A stretch of 64,000 nucleotides of DNA from Chiloscyllium plagiosum (lineage: Eukaryota): contig NC_057718.1 in NCBI RefSeq assembly GCF_004010195.1, positions 48,729,859-48,793,858 of the forward strand, written 5' to 3'. This document shows, one piece after another, positions 12,990-25,203 of this stretch. Under the pieces are notes generated by a model. It was not told where the DNA came from. It saw only the letters and a list, made by a program, of their open reading frames with translations, and did no database searches. Each line of letters starts with the position of its first letter. Position 1 is the stretch's first letter. The position numbers were made by a program, and so were the translations under genes.

Positions 12990-13270
12990 TCTCACTGCCA
13001 ATTTAGAGGGCATATAAGAATCAACCAATTTGCTTTGGGCTTAGAGTAAAGATGGCAGATTTCCTTGCCTAAATGATACTTGTGAACAAGATGAGTTTTT
13101 AACAGTAATTAATAATAGCTTCATGGTCGTCATTATTAGGACTAATAATATATTTCAGACATATTAATTAATTTTCCCTGCGCTGTGATGGGATTTGAGT
13201 CCATGCCTCACAGACATCAGGCAGAGATTTCAGGGATTAGTAGTTCAGTGGTAATACCACTATGTCATCG
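12990..13270 (-). mobile_element. tRNA-derived SINE (same family as 55258 and 55765)
   Basis: Minus strand has A-box-like catagtggtattaccactgaactactaat and B-box-like ggactcaaatccc; body aaaactcatcttgttcac...aggaaatctgcc shared with the 55 kb copies. Confidence 0.7.
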
Positions 13271-14845
13271 GCTCCCTTTTAATTTAAAGAGCTCAACTGT
13301 TGGGATCTAAAATGAACATAGGACCTTTAAATTCAGGAAGGCAATTAACCTCCTTGCTCAATGTACACAATTACTTTACTGTTGAGTCACTGATGGAAAC
13401 TAATAATAGTAATGATTTCCTTTTCTTTTTGCTCATGTTGACTTTGCAAAGTCCAGTCTTTTTACTGATTCTAGTTTTTTGTCAAGGAAATGTGCATTTC
13501 ATTTATTATTGCTCAATTAGTTTTGCTGTCAAGATGATCTCTCATGACCATAACTCATTTGTTTGGTTACAAACAAACTTTTTTTCTCCATAGTATTTTC
13601 CATTTAGCTACACAAAGCATGACTTGTTAATTGATGTCATAACATAAGCTTTTAAAGGACCATCTTTCAACATTTCCAGAATACGTTCAAGTTGTTTTTA
13701 ATAAAAAAATGTGGTAAAGAATTACACAATATTGTAATATAGCTCGCTGATTAATGAAAATTTATCGAGTGCTCTACATGAAAACATTGTCAAAGCTGTG
13801 TGCGTGAAGAGTGTTTGTAAATGAAATACAATGTTCAGTCCTGTAATGTAAATGCACTTCTAGGAACAATTTGTCATGCTATCTAATGCTTGAGGCTTTA
13901 TAAATACATTGACCTAAATTTTCCACTGGCCTGACAGACATTATTCCAGTGTAAATACAAGTTGGACACTGGGGCCCTGCAGAATGCCCATCACAACAAA
14001 CTCCAAAGGAATTTCTTGGGAAATTAAATTTCCCAAGATTTGATGCCCTCCAGGGACTAGGCATCCTGGACCCTACCTTCCCTTCTGGCTGGACCGGTCT
14101 CAAATTGACTTGATATTTCCTGTTATACTGACCCAAACATCCTTCCCCCCTAGCCAGACCTGACTCAACTCCCAGATCTCCACTGGACAGCATCAAACTT
14201 AGCCCACTGCCACCATCTCCGATCTGAGCCAATCCCATTTGGTATCCACCCTACACCAGACCCAATTCCTCCCTCCCATCCTAATCTTTCCTAACCACTG
14301 CATCACTTATCCTTCCACTTTGTGTCCTGGCACCCTCCCCTACATACATGCATCCAGGCGTTCAACCCCTATGGAATCCAAGCCCAAACCCATCTCGCAT
14401 GCTAACCCAGTCATCGTAAACCCTTTCCAACTGGCACGTGAACCAACCTACCTGGTACCTACTCATCTGACAACCTACCTCTGCCACCTCTCCATAGTTG
14501 TCATCATGCTTTCCAGCACCTTACCACCATATTGACCTTATATACTTACTGTTTGACAGGAGCTGTCAGGATGGCTGTCAGCAGCTTGACATTTCAGTTT
14601 CCAGCATCTGACAGGAAAAGAGAATGTGGTTTATCTTCCACACTGTGAAAGAAGTGTCAGAATAGAGGGATGTCTCCACACTTCTGAGAGAGCAATACAT
14701 GGAATCTCCTCCAAGAAATGCTGAATTCCCTTCTTCAGTGAAAAAGAAAAGCTGGGGCAGCAATCTGTGTGAGACTGTCACTCCCCTGAACAACCGGCCT
14801 TATTGTGTATTTCTGGAACAAGAAATTGGTGCCACTGGTGACATT

Positions 14846-15016
14846 GGGAGAAAGAGAGGACTGCAGATGCTGAAGATCAGAGCCAAAAAGTGTGGTGCTG
14901 AGAAAGCACATCAGGTAAGGCAGCATCCGAATAGCAGGAGAGTCGACATTTCAAGCATAAGCCCTTTATCATTCCTGATGAAAAACTTATGCATGAAACG
15001 TCGACTCTTCTGCTCC
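14846..15016. mobile_element. Fold-back PLE-terminal mini-element with degenerate hammerhead motifs
   Basis: Left arm gcaggagagtcgacatttcaagcataag is inverted relative to right arm cttatgcatgaaacgtcgactcttctgc; CTGATGA at 14975-14981. Confidence 0.8.
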
Positions 15017-15598
15017 ACTGAGGACATTGTTGAATGTCCTGAACATCATAACTGCATCATTCTGCCCCTGAGCTCATGTGGCATTGCTGCTCAATGTATT
15101 GTGTTAATGGTGTATGCTCACACCCAGTTCTGCTCTTCACCTCCTTCTCCATCCAGCAAGGTACCTCACAGGCCACTCTACTTGCTGACTGCCTCATTCG
15201 TACTCTAGCTGTCCATTTCTCTCTGAACCACTCACTTTCTCCCTCCCACTTGCTGCCGTAATTTCACTTTCACGGGAAGTAGTGAGGGGGAAGTGGCCAA
15301 GGATTGGGAATAGCCAAAATATTGTGATGTTTTGGAATTCAATGTTTTATGGAAACTGCAAATCTTTCATTCAAAGTATTAGGCTGGCAGAATTCCATCA
15401 TATAACTTTAATAATCTGCAAAAAGGAAACAGCATGAAACGTCGACTCTTCTGCTCCACTGAGGACATTGTTGAATGTCCTGAACATATTGTGATGTTTT
15501 GGAATTCAATGTTTTATGGAAATTGCAAATCTTTCATTCAAAGTATTAGGCTGGCAGAATTCCATCATATAACTTTAATAATCTGCAAAAAGGAAACA
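14991..15598 (+). repeat. Complex local duplication A-X-B-A'-B'
   Basis: A 14991-15046 is identical to A' 15432-15487; B 15319-15431 matches B' 15486-15598 with one mismatch. Confidence 0.95.
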
Positions 15599-15826
15599 TT
15601 TGAAAAAGGATATTATTTTTAGGCTGCCCATTTCGAATATCTTTGACTTGCTCAACATTACAGATGGTCCTATTCCTTGATACAGACTTCTATGTTGCTG
15701 GCAATAACCCCACAGACATTGCAACTTTATTTGAGTGAGTTTCCTCCTTGCAGTTATGATAGTAGCAGAAACACGAATAAAACATACAATCAAATGGAAA
15801 GTTAGAATTAACAGGCCTAAAAGCTT

Positions 15827-16028
15827 AGGCAAAAGTGAGGACTGCAGTTGCTGGAAACCAGAGCCTAGATTAGAATGATGCTGGAAAAGCACAGCACGTC
15901 AGGCAGCATCCGAGGAGCAGGAAAATCGATGTTTCGTGCCTGATGAAGGGCTTTTGCCTGAAACGCCGATTTTCCTGCTCCTGGGATGCTGCCTGACGTG
16001 CTGTGCTTTTCCAGCACCACTCTAATCT
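15827..16028. mobile_element. Fold-back PLE-terminal mini-element with hammerhead motif and 14-bp flanking direct repeat
   Basis: ~70-bp inverted arms; central CTGATGA a gggc-tttt-gcct GAAA c GCC; aggcctaaaagctt at 15813-15826 and 16029-16042. Confidence 0.88.
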
Positions 16029-17336
16029 AGGCCTAAAAGCTTGAAGATATCCACACATAATTGAAACATTTAGGGACAAACTTTTGAAGTTTGGATGTGA
16101 ATTCAGTCTGATCAATTATATATTTAGAGAAGGATAGAAATTATGTAATAGCTTATTTAACTGCCTAGCAGCAGGATGACGATATATTTGTTTTACTGAA
16201 TAAATACTGAATAAAACTGTTTTATCCATGAAGATACGATTTTATTTGCAATATGCTAATTTACAGAGATTATTTCCTATGCAATTTTGTGTTGTAAACC
16301 AATGTAGTTTTCAATGATTTTCCTGATGCAGTTGCCATCAATTGAACGGCTTTTATGTTTGAACATCTGTTATCATATTTAGTGGATTATACCACTAATA
16401 TTAATGGCTTCTAAAGCAGAGGGCTGAATATTAACTTGCAATTGTATGAGATGGGGGTAATACTGAAGGTCAATATTCAAGAAATGTACAACAAAAGTGC
16501 GTTGAATCCATTCATTTCTGGTTTATATGGACGTGAGGATTGGTCTTTTAAATATTATAGTAAGATTGCATTTCTACATTTTTATTGTTATTGCAATTTA
16601 AACCCAGCTTTGCCAGGCTTTTCAAAACCCAACAGCCACAAGGGCAAGAAGAGTTAGGTAAGTGTTTTTACAATATTTCTTGTGGCCCTGAAGATAGCCA
16701 GGTGTTTATATCAGGTCCAACAAATGTAATAGCATCTGTTCCCCTGCTAACCACCATTAGAACCCCCATAACTTAAGAAGCTATCTGCCACTCGCTAGCG
16801 ACAGTCAAAAAACCTCCACAATCATTGACTGTCCATCAGGACCTCACAGTCCTGGGGTCACTCCACCACTTATGAGACAGAAGGAATTCTGCCTGACTGA
16901 CTTTTATCCTGTCAATAAGGCTGCCTGTAGTTAGGAACCTGACAAATACTTACAACAGCTAAAAACTGAAGGACATTCAGGAAACTCCTTTTTTCAGGTT
17001 TATCAACCTCACAACAATGCTCTCACGTAGAACTCTGAAGGTACGCCTACTTTACCACAAAGGAGTCCACTGGCATTATGCACTGTAATGAATTGAAAGA
17101 AGCCATTGGTATTGGCTGATGTTTAAAATATGTTGCTATTGCCTCAGCAGTCCATTTTACATTTCTTCCACTTTTCATTTACTTCAAAGTCAAAAGCTAA
17201 TCCATTCCGCAGAGATGTTAATTGTGTTTCTCTTTTGTTATCACTTGTTTAACGTTATCTGATGAATTCAAAACAAACCCAATTGTACTAAGAGAAACAA
17301 ATGAAGTATGGTATTATAGCACTGAATGGACAGAGG

Positions 17337-17367
17337 CTAAAATAATACCTAAAATAATACCTAAAAT
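17337..17367 (+). repeat. Short tandem repeat, 12-bp unit x ~2.5
   Basis: ctaaaataatac-ctaaaataatac-ctaaaat. Confidence 0.85.
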
Positions 17368-20300
17368 TGACAAACTTGTTCTTCCCACATCATTTGCGTA
17401 TTTATAATAGAATACTAATTAGGTTAATTTAGATTGAGTCTACCAAAGGTGGGAATAATTTGTTCAATTCTATATACTTTAAACAGCATTCAGGCTTTGG
17501 GATGTTGATATTCTGTAAGCATTCATCTGCCAGAATGATGGACACATTTCTGCACAGCACCATGCTACATCAATCTCAAATCCACTCCATGTGTCAGTTG
17601 TTTCTGGTCCATTCACCAAAGTCCATTCACCTCAGATAGACAGGGTTGGTGGGGAAGTTCGATGCCTGTGAGATTGACGGGGCAGGGCTACCAAGAAGGG
17701 AATGTGTCTTTTTGGGTATTTAACAATAATAAGGTTCTCAGCCTGACAAGCAGTTTCTTTCCAACGTACTGTAAATAACAAGTGTGCAATGAAGCTGAAA
17801 CTGGCTGTGACTGTGCTTAGATTGGGCGGGGCAAGTGTTTTGTTCAATGTGGGAGGGACCTTCACTTCTGAGTTCCACGAGAAGTTTAAAATGAAAACAT
17901 AGACGCTAAAGCTAAAGCATACCTGTGAACACTACATTCAATGTGAACCATAAGTGTCTGTGTGAAGTCCAAATCCTTGCCCTAGGCATTCGTGACCATT
18001 TCATGCAACATCAGGGATCACTCCCTGGTTATGATGCACCATCAATGTTTTGGGGCCTGGAGTGATTCACCTCGATGCGAAAACAGCAATCACCTTCTCA
18101 TCACCTGCAGACGCTGCAGGAGCTGTTCATTCTCACCTTGAACCATATAACATTCTGTAGTGCCAAAGGTGGCTAGATTCTATTGTCTCACCACCTTCAA
18201 TGTTGTACCTGACTTTCACTCACAATGTTGATAAAAGAAAGTGAACATATATTTCCCAACATGAGGATGTATTTATAATGAATTATCACCCCGTGCCACC
18301 TATGTATCCTCAGGATAACTTCTTGTTTCTTTCCCTCCCACTAGGTCTCAGTGCAGCCCTGGGAGCCTGCCTAATGATGCGTTCAGTTGACCTGGGAGGG
18401 TTGGTTGGGTGATGCCACTAGGACCCAGAAATCCTGACTGTGTCCTGCCTAGAGGCAGGTGCACCCTTTGTGGCTTGACCTCCCATGCAAATGAATGTGA
18501 CAGGCAAGATGGAAGCGGGGGTTTCCTGAAGGGGGACTTCTGGAGGGAATGTCCATGGTTCCTTCTCTGGCTGGGTGGTCACTGGTACTGCGCGAGCTCC
18601 TTGTGAGAGAGGACAAGGTCCATCATCCTCCTGTCACCTTGCGGTTAATATAGAGCACCAATAAATGGAACATAGGCAGAGACTATGATTGCTGGGCCTG
18701 GCTTTTTCTGGTAGCTGTCCAAGATGGCAGCCAGACAACTGTATACTTGAGACAAAAAGTCCCTAACAGCATTGCTGTGGTCATGCAGACCTTTCTGTCA
18801 GGTTGTCCAATGCCTTCAACAAACCTGCCTGCTGCTCCTGAGTCCATTGGTGAGAAAGGGCGCTATAGGGATGTGGTATACAATGAGTGAGGCAAGTTTG
18901 GCTTGATAGTGCAGGAAAACTTGTTAGCCTTCTCAAAGAGAAACTCTCCATAAAACCTGATGAAAATGACACAGCTGATTTCTGGCAAGATTTGGCCCAC
19001 AGTATCCAATATTAGATGTGAGTCCACAATTAGACAAGCTTTTCTAGATAATCCTGAATGGGTAAAGAATTATGCTGTCAACCAGCTTGTCAGTCAGACT
19101 TGCAGTGTCATGCAATATGTGTACTGAAATATTCTTGCACAGAGGCCTTTCCTTCGTGGCCAGAAAGATCACGTCACACACTATGCCTGTTTAAACCCAA
19201 CAAAATAGGTGACAGCTATGTGTTAATTTATTTCTTAGGGCAATGCTGTAATCAATCAGAGTGAACCTGCCTGATTTAAAATTCAAACTTAGTCTGACAG
19301 TTAACTGTCAATTGGCATTAACTGATGTATTCTCCTTGGCAATGCCTTTGCCAATCAGAGTTCACTTGTCAATGAATAAGCATTCTCCCATGCAGGAGAA
19401 AGACTGTATTTGCCTTGGAATTGGTATTCTTGTGAATTGTCCTGATGAGTGCAAGATGAAAAACTCAACAAAATGTGTCTTTTTTTCAGTGCTATTTTAA
19501 TTCATGGACATTAGGGACACATGGCATGGACTTCTTCAAAGCAAATGATAAATGCAAGAGCATTTCTTGACTAAATGAACGAATGTATAGATAAAGGAAA
19601 TTCAGTGGATATCATGCTTTTTACTTCATATGTTATGGAAAAACACAAAGGGAAAACATTTAAACCCAGTACAAATTGATATCCACTGATTATTGAGACT
19701 TTCATCAGACTTCTCAAGAGTCATGGTGGAATACTGGCAGAATCCTGCAGAGCTTTGATTCCTGTGTCAAAGTTGCCATTACTGTCATGCTTAAGAGCAA
19801 AACGAATACACAACAGAAAATGTGATGAATCAATACACATAAACAGAACTTGTATTGTCATTTACCATAATTTCTGTTGCAAGCTCTATGCCTTCTAGAT
19901 TTTCTGTCCTCTCAGAGTAAAGCCTAGAAAGTCACTGGTAATGCTGTCTTTGCTCAACTTTGATGTTACCGTTATAATTGCATCAGTTGGAAAATTTAAC
20001 TCAGCCTCTTAACTGAAAGGAAAATTCTTGCACAGTGTTGCTCCTCATTGAAATCGAGATGAGATGATTTTCTCTAATGATCCTCAATGTGGATAGCTCG
20101 CCTCCCAGTTGTAGAAGCTTGTTATGATTTGTATGGCCTCTCCTGATTCTCCCAGTCATGCACAATTGCTGGAAGAAGGCCTATCATGCTACTTGTCCCT
20201 GGAGGCAACTTCTTTCAGCATAAAAATGATAAAAATGTACTTTAGCGCCAGACAGACAATTGCCTGTAGGGTATCCAAATATAGGAGAACTCCAAAAACA

Positions 20301-21949
20301 TTTTAAATTCCATTTGTAATCATGAGATATAATCCAGCAAATAGCCTCAATGTAGCTCACCATCCATTTAAAATGTGGAATGGATCCTTCATTTACTATA
20401 GTATCAAAGGCGATTCATATTGTACAACAGGGTCGCAAGACTGAGATTGATGTGATCTTGTCTGTGGTCAGCTAGATGCTAGCTCTCGCTTCATTTCATA
20501 ATCGATTCAACACGTCCACTAAAAATTCCTAGAAAGTTTGAGAGAGATATTGTGGCAGTGGAAAAAAAGTTACTCAGAAGAAATTCTCAGTACTTGTTAC
20601 TCATGTGTCATCATCTTGAAAACATAGAATAAGAGTTCAATTTACAGTTATCCTGGATTATTCAATAGTTTCTTGTGATCTCTTTATTCAATACACAGAT
20701 AGTTAGATTTTAATCACCAAGAATCACTTTCTAAGTGTAAAATACTCAGATTAAGGCTTCCATGCATTGTTGACTAAAACAATAATTCTGAAATTCATTT
20801 TAAGTGCACATATTAATTCATTTACTTCAAATAGAATTAATTTTATTGCAAACAAACATGATTAGACTTCTTCAACATACTGTCATTTCTGTTTTTCAAC
20901 TGTAAAAGACTGTGCTGTTGCATATTTAATAGAAGCAAGTTTCTCATTTGAAATAGGATTTTTATGAAAAAGTTTTGTTTAGATTAAGATTCCTTATGAC
21001 AGTAATAATTTGGGAATGGATTTATCGTATGCACTTTAATGCCTAATTTAAAATTTACTCAGGGAATTGTAATATTAATCTTTGATAAAAGTTGAAATGT
21101 TCCTATATAATATAGTGGGTTTTTTTTTGTTAACGTAATTGATGTACCAAATCAATAAAATGTCAAACTCAAGCAAAGCGGATTTATGGATATATGGAGT
21201 ATAAAATGTTTTAAAACAAACTGCAGAATGGATATTTTGATTCAAATAAAATAGATTTGAGATATTCAGATATTCTTACCTGTCAATACACATGGAACTA
21301 ATTTTCAAATGCAGATGAACTCCTAGGATATATCTTTGAGAGTCATTACAACAGACCTTTATGATGGTTAATAGCTGTCCTTCTCAGAATAATTACAGAA
21401 ACATTTTCCATGCTTACAGACTATTCAGTTTCTGAGTTGAAATTCAGAGGGTGGATGTTAAAAAAATTTGAATCAACTGCAGTGGCACATGCAGCTTGTA
21501 CCAGATTGATTGACAATGGCCTTATTGTTATTGACCATTTGTGAATGCAATGAACAAAATTGAATTGAATCATTTACTGTCAAATTTATTCAATACAAAA
21601 CACTTTGAAAAGTGTGTACCATCATCATGCATAGGTGGCATTCTCATTAACTTAAAAATAAAATTAAAAATAAAGAAAGACAACTTAAAGAGAGTCCACT
21701 GCGACAGTCCCGCTCTGGGCTTCACCAGCATGCGCCATACTGTTGCTAGAAACACTCTAGTCACACAACAGAAATTAAGTTTCAGAAAAGGACATGGAAT
21801 AAAGCAGGTTTTTGGAGAAGCAAAGAAAGAAAGAAGGAACAAGATTCTACCTAAGAACCATAAGCTTTATGAACAAATTGAATTGGACTTCACCTTTGTC
21901 TTATTTTATGAATTTTAGGTTTTTATGACAGGGGTCTGACTCACACTTG

Positions 21950-22272
21950 ATTAGATTAGATTAGATTAGATTACTTATAGTGTGGAAACAGGCCCTTCGG
22001 CCCAACAAGTCCACACCGACACGCCGAAGCGTAACCCACCCTACCCCCACATTTACCCCTTACCTAACACTATGGGCAATTTAACACGGCCAATTCACCT
22101 GACCTGCACATCTTTTGGACTGTGGGAGGAAACCGGAGCACCCGGAGGAAACCCACGCAGACACGGGGAGAACGTGCAAACTCCACACAGTCAGTCGCCT
22201 GAGGCAGGAATTGAACCCAGGTCTCTGGCGCTGTGAGGCAGCAGCGCTAACCACTGTGCCACCATGCCGCCC
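21950..22272 (-). mobile_element. HE1-type V-SINE, full length, young, (AATCT)n tail
   Basis: tRNA head gggcggcatggtggcacagtggttagc, V-domain gtgtggagtttgcacgttctccccgtgtctgcgtgggtttcctccgggtgctccggtttcctcccacagtcc, CR1-like tail; tgattag on both flanks (probable TSD). Confidence 0.95.
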
Positions 22273-23139
22273 ATGATTAGCTTGAAGCAAAACAAACCAG
22301 CATGCCATAATCCACAGCAAATTGATCATTCTGAGCCCCCAGCTTCAGTGAGACAGAAAAGAAACACAATGTTTTAGGACTTCATCTTGGGAAGATCATG
22401 TGTGACAACAAGCTTTCAAACTTTAAAACCTAAATGCCGGTGATTATTTTGTGCACAATCTTTTCCTGACTGTATGTGTGGCTCTGTATGACATTGTGAG
22501 TGGATGTGGTTGGGCCTATGTTTGGGTATTGAATAATGAACAGTTTTGTTTCTTTTTTAAATGTACTAAAATGCATGTCAATTCTTGATGGTTGCATGAC
22601 ACTAGCCTTTTATACTTAAAGCACATATGTATTTGGTCAGTTGAAGGGTGGGTAAAGAAGAACCAGCCTTATCATCTCTCTACTGTCTGTAACATGAGGT
22701 CCATAAAATAGGACCCAATCACCATCTAGACTGCAAGATCCTCACACAATGTATTGAGGTGTTGATTGAATGGGCGTTAGAGTGGTGATGGTGGGGTGGC
22801 AAGATCAATGACTTGAAATGACACAAATGCACCTTTAAATGCACAGAAAGATAGCATGTGTAAACCAGGGTTTGTGATCAGAAAACTAGGGGACCTCAAT
22901 TCCTTTCACTGGACCATGCTTATGATCTACATTATATCATATCAGATTCAGGTAAACTGACTCCGAAGTTTTACAATCTCCTCGGCATTGTCTCCCATTT
23001 GATTTGTTGATTAAAATTCCATTGTTGTGCGGATTGTCGAGCTTGGGGTTAAGCATCTCATTTTGCACATAACAGATCACCAATTCCATGAATTAGCAGA
23101 GGCAGTCTGCAGTGGCAGTGCACATGCTTGTGACTCAGT

Positions 23140-23280
23140 CGGGCGACGTGTCGGTTAGGTGCATTAATTGGGGGTAAATATAGGGTGGGGGTAATGGATC
23201 TGGGTGGGTTGCTCTTTGGAGGATCGGTGTGGATTTGTTGGGCCAAAGGGCCTATTTCCATACAGTAGGGATTCTATGAA
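23140..23280 (+). mobile_element. HE1-type SINE, internally deleted / 3' part
   Basis: ggtgtggatttgttgggccaaagggcctatttccatacagtagggattctatga tail. Confidence 0.85.
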
Positions 23281-24231
23281 ACAATGGTGTATAGGCACCT
23301 GATTTGTTCACTCAGCTTTCCTTGTCAGTTTCTTGGGAGACCTGGTTGCCCACTGTTAGATCTTTTAAACCAGTAAACAAATCTCAGCATTGGAAGCCTC
23401 CTGAATCGATTAGTTGTCCACCCTGATATGCCACCATGATGTAATTTCTTGGGTGAAATACTGCTGCTAATATGTTATGATCTGAGTACTGCTCTGTGCG
23501 TTGACCCATGTAGCACACATTCTAGGGATTCAGCTTTTGATGAGACAGATGTCTGAACGTTTATTTACAGCACTAAATATTTACATTTCTGTAATACACA
23601 GACATAAACATCTTCAGAGTTCTGTGCTTGCTGACTATTGTTGTACATTATATGCACGTAACTGACTGATTGAACAAAGAGCGAGTGCTGAAGATGAGGT
23701 AGGTACCTTTATACAGAATGTTTCATGCTACAATGTCAGTTGACTGGTTTAAAGATATACTATCAATGGGATTTGGAATCTGTGAAAAAACATTACAGCC
23801 ATTCCCCCACCATACCTTTTCAACACTGTTAGCCTGGAAATAGGTAGTTTGGAGGCCTGTTAACACATATTTGGAGCTTTGTATAATTTAACACCCACTT
23901 CTAGCCATTCATCTGCTGACTCATATTTAAATTGCCCTCTTTGATTCTGTCATGGTCATGGGTAGTTTTGAAACCAAGCTGAATAATTTTGACTTGTGGG
24001 TTGCTTTGAAATCATTATCAGGGAATTAACTGGATTATGCAAGGTTATTGATAGATTGTTAAGGATCAATGGCCCCCAGTAGATGAACAGTGAACTTTAA
24101 TTTGAATAAATGGCCTTGAGGACATTATCTCCCTTTCGATAAACTGGAGGCCATCTTTAAATTTACAGTGGCTTTGAACAGTGGAAATCTTTCAAACATC
24201 TTTCAAATTAATAGCAAGGTAATATGCTTGT

Positions 24232-24505
24232 AGTTCCCGCCTCAGGCGACTGTGTGTAGTTTGCACATTCTCCCCATGTCTGTATGGGTTTCCTCCGGGT
24301 GCTTCTGTTTCCTCCCTCAGTCCAAAGATGTGCAGGTTAGGTGAATTGGCCATGCTAAATTGTCCGCAGTGTTAGGCGAAGGGGTGAGTGTAGGGGAATG
24401 GGTCTGGGTGGGTTGCGCTTCGGCGGGTCGGTGTGGACTTGTTGGGCCGAAAGACCTGTTTCCACACTGTAAGTAATCTAATCTAATCTAATCTAATCTA
24501 ATCTA
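24232..24505 (+). mobile_element. HE1-type V-SINE, 5'-truncated, (AATCT)n tail
   Basis: V-domain and tail near-identical to the 21950-22272 copy. Confidence 0.95.
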
Positions 24506-25203
24506 AATAACATCTAATATTAAGCTTTCTGGGCAAAACTACAAATCATTACACAGTTATTTTAATGTAAATAAATTACTGGCTATATTGGTGTATTAGG
24601 CATTGAATTGGGGCATGACTAATATTTCTGAAATGCATGGATATACAGCAAAGTCTTGTTGCTAGGTATGATCAAGTGCAAAAATGAATGCCCAAAACAG
24701 CTGGGAAAGATAAAAATGGGAAACTTGAAAAACAGTCAACACCAAAAATGGATGAGTAGGAGGTATAAGAGCAGATGCATAAAGCAGGGATAGGTTATTA
24801 GATCAGCAAGATTCATGTGGTTAGTATGAACTACTGGAGTATTAGTCAAAGGATATGACGATGTGTTCCTGCTTCTGTTATTAGCATTTATAAAGGAGAA
24901 GACAGTCATGAAGCATGATGACATAATGTTCATTTTTTTAATTTTATAGAGCACTTGGGAAAACCTGGTCTTACTTTTCCGCAGATCTATGTTGGAGAAT
25001 TAATAGGTTTATGTATCTTAGTCTGGAATCGTTGAATAGCTTAAACTTCTGTCTGATGGGTTTACATTTTTTGTTGCAGTTATACAATGAGAACTTAAAA
25101 ATATACAATTTAATAAAAATGAATGAACACCGGAGTAAAACTCTCAGTAGTGATAAATTATTTTGATTTGTTTCCTACTTCTATTTGACTTTGTTGAACA
25201 CAT

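Noticed and set aside
24474..24505. (AATCT)n and (TGACTCTA)n arrays as CRISPR-like or telomeric repeats
   Set aside because: They are SINE/LINE 3' tails with no spacers; nothing prokaryotic is present in the window.
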